A stretch of 64,000 nt of DNA from contig JASGJH010000001.1 of assembly GCA_047601445.1 (NCBI GenBank), positions 5,184,001 through 5,248,000 on the forward strand. Reading direction: 5' to 3'. Below are positions 58,259-64,000 of the stretch, in pieces (the first letter of the stretch is position 1; the number at the start of each line of letters is the position of its first letter). The position numbers and the translations under genes were made by a program. The notes under the pieces are model-generated. The model did no database searches. It worked only from the letters and a program-made list of their open reading frames with translations, and was not told the origin of the DNA. The stretch is from Myxococcales bacterium (GTDB lineage Bacteria > Myxococcota_A > Polyangia > Polyangiales > DASUME01).

Positions 58259-58860
58259 GAGCCAGTGACAAGCTGCTCCTGTCCAACAAGTCCTGGGTGC
58301 AAGAGATCCGCGAGGTCGACCCAACCTACTTCTCGCGCATCTCCAACCAGCAGATGCCCGAGTTCCTCTGGATCGGTTGCTCCGATAGCCGCGTCCCGGC
58401 CAACACCATCACGGGCACCGACCCGGGCGAGATCTTCGTCCACCGCAACATTGCCAACGTGGTTGTCCCCGACGACGTCAACATGCTCAGCGTGTTGCAG
58501 TACGCGGTGGAAGTCTTGAAGGTGAAGCACGTGATCGTGTGCGGCCACTATGGCTGCGGCGGTGTGAAGGCCTCGCTCGGCCCCAAACTCACCTGGCCCA
58601 TCGAGCAGTGGCTCGGCAACATCCGCGCGGTCTGCGCGGAGCACAGCACGGAAATCGAGGCGCTGCCCGAGGACGCGCGCCCGGATCGTTTGTGCGAGCT
58701 CAGCGTGAGGCACCAGGTCAAGAAACTCTCCCGGCTCCCGATCATCGCGCGCGCCTGGGAGACCGGCGCAGGGCCCGAGCTGCACGGCTGGGTCTACTCC
58801 ATCCGGGACGGCGTGCTGCACGAGCTCGTGCGCGTGGAGCCGGGCGGCGGCGCGGGCTGA
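58255..58860 (+). CDS. can: Beta-class carbonic anhydrase
   Basis: WIGCSDSRVP, GEIFVHRNIAN, VCGHYGCGG; ATGA overlap with SulP. Confidence 0.95.
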   Translation: MRASDKLLLSNKSWVQEIREVDPTYFSRISNQQMPEFLWIGCSDSRVPANTITGTDPGEIFVHRNIANVVVPDDVNMLSVLQYAVEVLKVKHVIVCGHYGCGGVKASLGPKLTWPIEQWLGNIRAVCAEHSTEIEALPEDARPDRLCELSVRHQVKKLSRLPIIARAWETGAGPELHGWVYSIRDGVLHELVRVEPGGGAG

Positions 58861-58937
58861 GCAGCGCAGCGAATCGACGGCCTCTTGGAGCACTTGCCGC
58901 AGCACGCCAGCGCGTACCTTTGGCGGCCGGAGGCCAC

Positions 58938-59651
58938 ATGCAGATCGCGGGCAGCTGTGTGCTGATCACGGGGGCAAATCGTGGGATTGGTGCGGCTTTG
59001 GTCGACGCCTTCCTGGCGGCGGGGGCAGCGCGCATCTACGCGGCCTCGCGTGAGATCAAGCAAGATCCACGTGAGCGGGTGATCTCGGTCGCGCTCGACG
59101 TCACCGACGAGACCCAGATCGCGGCGGCGGCTGCGCGCTGCAAGGACGTCCAAGTGCTGGTCAACAACGCGGGCGTAGCCAAGGGACACGGCGTCCTGCG
59201 GGACCGAGACACCCAGGCGGCCCATACGGAGATGGCGGTCAACTACTTCGGGACGTTGAGCATGTCTCGCGCGTTCGCGCCGCTGCTCAAAGCCAACGGC
59301 GGCGGCGCCATCGTGAACATGCTGTCGATCTTGGCCCGCGTCAGCCTGCCGAGCGCGGCTTCGTACGCCGCCTCGAAGGCGGCCGCCTACTCGCTGACCC
59401 AGGCCCTGCGCGCCGAGCTGTTCTCGCAGCGTACGCTGGTGATCGGTGTGATGCCCGGTTTCGTGGACACCGAGATGGCCAAGGACGTCAAGGGTCCCAA
59501 GCTGTCGTCGCGGGAAGTGGCCGACGCCGTGCTCGTGGGCTTGCAGCTGGGCAACGAGGACATCTATCCGGGTGCGGCCGCGGACGTGGCCCACGCCCTG
59601 CAGCACGACGCGAAGTCCGTGGAACGACGCTTCGCTGCGATGCCACACTGA
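58938..59651 (+). CDS. Short-chain dehydrogenase/reductase
   Basis: TGANRGIG, NNAG, YAASK; GGAGG RBS. Confidence 0.93.
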   Translation: MQIAGSCVLITGANRGIGAALVDAFLAAGAARIYAASREIKQDPRERVISVALDVTDETQIAAAAARCKDVQVLVNNAGVAKGHGVLRDRDTQAAHTEMAVNYFGTLSMSRAFAPLLKANGGGAIVNMLSILARVSLPSAASYAASKAAAYSLTQALRAELFSQRTLVIGVMPGFVDTEMAKDVKGPKLSSREVADAVLVGLQLGNEDIYPGAAADVAHALQHDAKSVERRFAAMPH

Positions 59652-59652
59652 T

Positions 59653-60105
59653 TCAGCGCAGCTCGAGGGCGGGCGCACCGAGTTCGCGCGCGTGTTGCGC
59701 CGCTGGCTCGGGTGCCACGTTGGCGCGCAGCATGGGGGCGAATGCGCCTCGGTAGCTGTAGGCCAGGAAGAGCTCGAGTCCGAGGATCACCGTGGGCAAC
59801 GCGAAGGCCGGCGCGAGCAAGTAGTGAACCGCCGCGATGTTCACGATGATGGGAGCTAGCAACGTGAGGGCAAGCGGCACGAAGCGGTTCGACAGGAGCA
59901 TGAGGCCCGCCGCGATCTCGATGCTCTTGATCACGGGAAACACGTAGCCACCGGCGATCAGCCCACCCACGAATGTGAGCGCGCGCTCGGGCATGGGCGG
60001 CGGACTGGGCAGGAAGTTCAGAAAGTAGTTCGACCCGAAGACCACGAATACGAGCCCGAGCAACAGGCGTGCTGCGGCCGGTGCCCACCTTGCGAAGAGG
60101 GACAT
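59653..60105 (-). CDS. DoxX family membrane protein
   Basis: ARLLLGLVFVVFG.N.F, E...G..LL.NRFVPLAL..LAPI.VNI. Confidence 0.9.
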   Translation of the reverse strand: MSLFARWAPAAARLLLGLVFVVFGSNYFLNFLPSPPPMPERALTFVGGLIAGGYVFPVIKSIEIAAGLMLLSNRFVPLALTLLAPIIVNIAAVHYLLAPAFALPTVILGLELFLAYSYRGAFAPMLRANVAPEPAAQHARELGAPALELR

Positions 60106-60183
60106 GACGAAGCTCCTTTGAGTTGTGCATGCAAGCTAGGGCTCCGGGAGCGAAAGCACTAGTCTGAGAGTGGACAACGTATT

Positions 60184-60200
60184 ATTGCTATTCGAGCAAT
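60184..60200. promoter_or_regulatory. LysR-type T-N11-A palindrome
   Basis: ATTGCT-N5-AGCAAT between divergent doxX and lysR, overlapping the lysR ATG. Confidence 0.6.
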
Positions 60201-61092
60201 GGACCTGAATCGCGTAGCCACCTTCGTGCGCGTCGTAGAAGCCGGAACGTTCACCGCTGCGGCGTCGCGCCTGCATCTACCCACGTCTTCCGTGAGCCGC
60301 AGCGTGGCCAAGCTGGAGCAGGAGCTCGGTTTGGTGCTGCTCGAGCGCACCACGCGCCGCGTGTCGCTGACGGAAGCCGGCCGTGTGTACTTCGAGCGAG
60401 CCCGCGAGGCCGTGGCCGGACTCGACGAAGCCACGCAACTGGCCGGTGAGGCCGCGCGCGACCCGAGCGGCGTGGTGCACCTGGCTGCGCCGCCCGAGAT
60501 GGTCGGCAAGCTCGCCCAGGTGCTGGGGACCTTCATCAAGCGCTACCCCAAGGTGCACGTCGACGTGGTGAGCACCGCGCGTGGCGCGGAGTTGGTGGGC
60601 GCCGAAGTGGACATCGCCATCGTCACCGGGCGACTGGAGGACTCTTCCCTCATCGTTCGTCGCATCGGGGCCAACGTGCATCGACTGTTCGCCTCCGCCA
60701 GCTACCTCGAACGTCGCGGTCGCCCACGCACGCTGGCCTCCCTCGCGCAGCACGATGCAGTGCTCTACCGCGGCAAGGCCGGACGCCTCACCTGGGAACT
60801 CGCAGGACCCAACGGCGTGGAGAGCGTCACGGTCACGGGGGCGTTGAGTGGCGATAGCTATCAGTTCGTGTACGACGCGGTCACCGGCGGCTACGGCATC
60901 GGACTCTTGCCGGAGCTCTGCCTCTCTCACATGACGCCCTCACGTCCCCTGGTCCCCGTGCTGCCCAAGTACGCCGCCGCCGGCACGGTGCAGTCGTTGG
61001 TCTCGCCTTCGCGACACATCCCCCGGCGCGTGCTCTTGCTGCGCGAGTTCTTGAGCGAGGAGCTCGCCCAGGGCTGCACGGCGGCCAAGTAG
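60199..61092 (+). CDS. LysR family transcriptional regulator
   Basis: MDLN...FVRVVEAGTFTAAA..L....SSVSR.V..LE..LG..LLERTTRRVSLTEAG. Confidence 0.96.
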   Translation: MDLNRVATFVRVVEAGTFTAAASRLHLPTSSVSRSVAKLEQELGLVLLERTTRRVSLTEAGRVYFERAREAVAGLDEATQLAGEAARDPSGVVHLAAPPEMVGKLAQVLGTFIKRYPKVHVDVVSTARGAELVGAEVDIAIVTGRLEDSSLIVRRIGANVHRLFASASYLERRGRPRTLASLAQHDAVLYRGKAGRLTWELAGPNGVESVTVTGALSGDSYQFVYDAVTGGYGIGLLPELCLSHMTPSRPLVPVLPKYAAAGTVQSLVSPSRHIPRRVLLLREFLSEELAQGCTAAK

Positions 61093-61095
61093 ACC

Positions 61096-62178
61096 TCACA
61101 AGCGGTGGTCACGCACCACTTCGCGCGTCGTCACGCCGCGTGCGCTGAGCTCCGCGACCGCGTTTTTCAGCAGGGCTCGCGCGTCGCCAGCTCTGCGCAG
61201 CGCGGACTCCAGGTGCGCGAGGCCCAGACCGCAGGCAAACGCATGGCCATACTTGCCGGGGGTCAGCTCCGACATCGGCGGTGTGCGCTTGGCGATGGCC
61301 CCGAACGGCCCCACCTGCGGCATGCTCCGAAAGTACTCGTGACTGCGCTCGACCCGGTCGCAGAAATGCATGTGGTCCGCGTTCTCCAGCACGAGCAGCC
61401 GCACAGGATCGGGCGTGCGCAGGAACATCTGCTCGATGCCGGGCAACGGCAGCAGCGTGTCGCGCTCCGCGGCCAGGTACAGCGTCTCGGTGCCGGGAGC
61501 GAACGTCATCTCCAGCTCTCGCTCGAGCGCCAGCGCCCACAGGGGGCCGGCCCCGCCTGCAGGCGCCATGGGCAGCACCGCACGCACGCGCGGATCGCGC
61601 GCGGCCATCACGAGGCTGGTCCAGCCGCCGAAGCTATGCCCCGTCGCGCCCACACCCAGGCTCGCATCCACCGGCCCCACCGCCCGCTCGAATTCGCCCC
61701 TGAGCAGCGCGTCCAGGCACAGGCCGAGATCCCGGGGGCGATCGAAGACGTAGCTGCCGAGCAAGGCCTCGGGGTTCTTGGGCATCTGCTGCGGCCCCAG
61801 GGAGAGTGCGAGCATCATGATGTCGTTCATGGTGTTGCCCGCGTGATCGGGCGCCACCACCACGTAGCCGTGGCTGGCGAGGTGGGTGCAAAAGAAGGTG
61901 GACTGTCGTCGGTGACCCGCGAAGCCATGGGAGAACAGCGCGCAAGGCAGCGCTTCGCTACTCGGCCCGGCATCGCGAACCGCGGGCTGCTTGACTTTGA
62001 AACCACCGAACAGCGGGTACTCGTCCTGCCGCGCGGCGTCGAGATCGGCTCCCTGATGGACCGCACCTGCCGGGTACCACACCTCCACCACGATGCGCCG
62101 ACCGTTGCGGTCGGGATCGGAGAGCTCGCGTGTGATGACGCCAACCGGATGGGGCCCACGGCCAAAAAAGTCGCGCAT
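61096..62178 (-). CDS. Alpha/beta hydrolase (PAF-AH/chlorophyllase-like)
   Basis: VEVWYPA, FSHG, LASHGYVVVAPDH, GHSFGG, ADHMHF.D. Confidence 0.9.
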   Translation of the reverse strand: MRDFFGRGPHPVGVITRELSDPDRNGRRIVVEVWYPAGAVHQGADLDAARQDEYPLFGGFKVKQPAVRDAGPSSEALPCALFSHGFAGHRRQSTFFCTHLASHGYVVVAPDHAGNTMNDIMMLALSLGPQQMPKNPEALLGSYVFDRPRDLGLCLDALLRGEFERAVGPVDASLGVGATGHSFGGWTSLVMAARDPRVRAVLPMAPAGGAGPLWALALERELEMTFAPGTETLYLAAERDTLLPLPGIEQMFLRTPDPVRLLVLENADHMHFCDRVERSHEYFRSMPQVGPFGAIAKRTPPMSELTPGKYGHAFACGLGLAHLESALRRAGDARALLKNAVAELSARGVTTREVVRDHRL

Positions 62179-62268
62179 GAAGGCCAAATGTAGCCGAGGC
62201 TGCCAAGCAGGCAGGCGGCCATCCTTGAGCGCAGAAAGGATGGCTCCCAGCGCGGCTTTGCGGCGCTT

Positions 62269-62349
62269 TGCGTGCTCGTGCTCGTGCTCGGTCGTTTGGC
62301 AGGTCCGTCACCGGGCTGTGGCGCGGACGAGCACGAGCACGAGCACGCA
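62269..62349. repeat. Perfect 22-bp inverted repeat built from CGTGCT/GAGCAC hexamers
   Basis: TGCGTGCTCGTGCTCGTGCTCG (62269-62290) and CGAGCACGAGCACGAGCACGCA (62328-62349); 37-nt loop. Confidence 0.9.
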
Positions 62350-62526
62350 GGGGATGGATGGGTAGGTCTCCCTGTTAATGAGGCTTTCTGCCGCCACATT
62401 GGGGCGCACTTGCCTGTTTGGAGTAGTGCACGAAGTGCTGGAGAGCGCTGATTTCGGCGCCGCCTTTCAGGATCGCAGCTGGCCCGAGACGTGCAGAGTT
62501 ACCCCCCACGCACAGAAGGAGATGCC

Positions 62527-62982
62527 ATGGGCAACCCCAGCCAAAAGAAGATCCTGTGTCCGGTCGACTTTTCTCCCGGCTCCGAGACCGCCATCGAGAA
62601 GGCACGTGAGCTCGCGGGCGCACTAGGTGCCGAGCTGGAGCTGCTCCATGCCTATCAAATGCCGGTGCTCGCGCTGCCCGACTCGAGCGTGACCGTGAGC
62701 CCGACCTATCTGGTGGAGCTCACCAATCGCGCCCAGCAGGAGCTCGACAAGCACGCCACCCAGCTCGAGGAGGACGGCATCACCACCACCACGCGCGTCC
62801 TCGAGGGCAACCCCGCGGAGACCATCGTGGACTGCGCGCGAGACACCGGCGCCACCATGATCGTGATGGGCACCCATGGCCGCAGCGGCTTCAGGCGCTT
62901 CTTGCTCGGCAGCACGGCCGAGCGCGTGGTGAGGATGGCCACCGTTCCGGTCCTCACGGTGCACGTGAGCGAGACGGAATAG
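62527..62982 (+). CDS. Universal stress protein
   Basis: [25 protein letters not shown]...[25 protein letters not shown]. Confidence 0.96.
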   Translation: MGNPSQKKILCPVDFSPGSETAIEKARELAGALGAELELLHAYQMPVLALPDSSVTVSPTYLVELTNRAQQELDKHATQLEEDGITTTTRVLEGNPAETIVDCARDTGATMIVMGTHGRSGFRRFLLGSTAERVVRMATVPVLTVHVSETE

Positions 62983-63085
62983 AGGTCACGCGGCCTGCCC
63001 GCCCGTCGCGGTAACGCCGCGCCGGGCCCCACTGGGCGCTGCCTTTGGCTTGCTGAAAGCCAGCGGTTTCGTTACGAAACGGCCC

Positions 63086-64000
63086 ATGCACGCCTTTCCG
63101 TTGATGCTCGGGGCCGTCTGCGTGGCCGTGATCGCCTACCGGTACTATTCGGCCTTCATCGCGGCCAAGGTGCTGTGTCTCGACGACGCCCAGGTCACGC
63201 CTGCCCACCGCCTCAACGATGGCCAAAACTACGTGCCCACCAACCGCTGGGTGCTGTTCGGCCACCACTTCGCCGCCATCACAGGAGCCGGCCCGCTGGT
63301 GGGTCCCACGCTGGCAGCCCAGTTCGGATACCTGCCCGGATATCTCTGGATCCTCATCGGCGTGGTGCTCGGCGGCGCGGTCCACGACTTCGTGATCCTC
63401 ACGGCGTCCATGCGCCGCGACGGCAAGTCATTGGCCGAGATCGCGCGTCAGGAGATCGGCCCCACCAGCGGGCTCGTGGCCGGCCTGGCGATCCTCTTCA
63501 TCATCACCATCGCCATCGCCGCCATGGGCAAGGTAGTCGTGATGGCCCTTGCAGAGAGTGCTTGGGGCACCTTCACCATCGGCATGACGGTGCCCATCGC
63601 CCTGTTGATGGGACTGTGGATGTATCGCATCCGCCCGGGCAAGATCAGTGAGGCCACCACCCTCGGCGTCGTGCTCCTCCTCTTCTGCGTGGTCGCGGGC
63701 AAGTGGGTCGCCGAGTCGAGCTGGGCGCCCACCTTTTTGCTCAGCGAGACCACGCTCGTGGTGTCCATCGCCATCTACGGCTTCGTGGCCTCGGTGCTAC
63801 CCGTGTGGATGCTGCTATGCCCGCGCGACTATCTGTCGTCGTACCTGAAGATCGGCACCATCGCCGCGCTCATCCTGGGCATCCTGTTCGTGAACCCGGA
63901 GCTCAAGCAGCCCGCGCTGAGCCAGTTCGTGGACGGCGGTCCCATCGTGCCGGGCAAGCTTTTCCCCTTCGTGTTCATCACCATCGCCTGCGGCGCCATC
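63086..64000 (+). CDS. cstA: Carbon starvation protein CstA (5' part, runs off the right edge)
   Basis: Not in the ORF track. [46 protein letters not shown]...[16 protein letters not shown]. Confidence 0.93.
   Translation, partial: MHAFPLMLGAVCVAVIAYRYYSAFIAAKVLCLDDAQVTPAHRLNDGQNYVPTNRWVLFGHHFAAITGAGPLVGPTLAAQFGYLPGYLWILIGVVLGGAVHDFVILTASMRRDGKSLAEIARQEIGPTSGLVAGLAILFIITIAIAAMGKVVVMALAESAWGTFTIGMTVPIALLMGLWMYRIRPGKISEATTLGVVLLLFCVVAGKWVAESSWAPTFLLSETTLVVSIAIYGFVASVLPVWMLLCPRDYLSSYLKIGTIAALILGILFVNPELKQPALSQFVDGGPIVPGKLFPFVFITIACGAI

Noticed and set aside
56623..58860. 745-aa SulP-carbonic anhydrase fusion
   Set aside because: SulP is in a different frame with its own stop at 58258; the CA starts at ATG 58255. 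These are coupled genes, not a fusion.
1..64000. rRNA, tRNA, prophage or IS elements
   Set aside because: None recognised by eye; covariance-model and HMM searches would be needed to exclude small RNAs.

Overview
High-GC, gene-dense bacterial window. The gene content (TIGR02270-type protein, PEGA proteins, eukaryote-like Ser/Thr kinases, Cys-rich lipoproteins, an RpoH-like sigma factor) points to a myxobacterium; this is an inference. (1) 1-8.5 kb: T6SS effector island. The 5' end of a divergent vgrG is followed by TIGR02270 - SAM methyltransferase - DUF2169 - ketosynthase-like - PAAR-like(DUF4150)/SHH-nuclease/Hint effector - two beta-propeller immunity candidates. Unusually, the Hint domain lies after the toxin, with a Hedgehog-like GG|CF junction. 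(2) 8.5-24 kb: TetR/ABC exporter, an exported lipoprotein dikinase (phospho-His plus ATP-grasp), an esterase, LysM/PG-binding, DUF945, SnoaL, cytochrome c and TPM proteins. (3) 24-48.5 kb: a large cell-envelope block with two membrane Ser/Thr kinases and a small secreted protein sharing a C-terminal S-x-[DE]-[DE]-F tail, three TPR-PEGA proteins, and several large Cys-rich/EGF or beta-repeat lipoproteins. Two of these lipoproteins end in a near-identical domain in inverted orientation. This is the best candidate for an undescribed trans-envelope signalling system. (4) 48.7-64 kb: orphan tssK, GT-C-like and APH-like genes, and a stress island (RpoH-like sigma, two USPs, CBS-hemerythrin, SulP plus beta-carbonic anhydrase, three sigma54-type promoters), then DoxX/LysR, a hydrolase and partial cstA. 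Four genes are frameshifted, each repairable by removing one + strand A at a GATC site; these are most likely methylation-linked sequencing errors. No rRNA, tRNA, CRISPR array or transposase was recognised. All family calls are by eye from motifs; no database searches were run.
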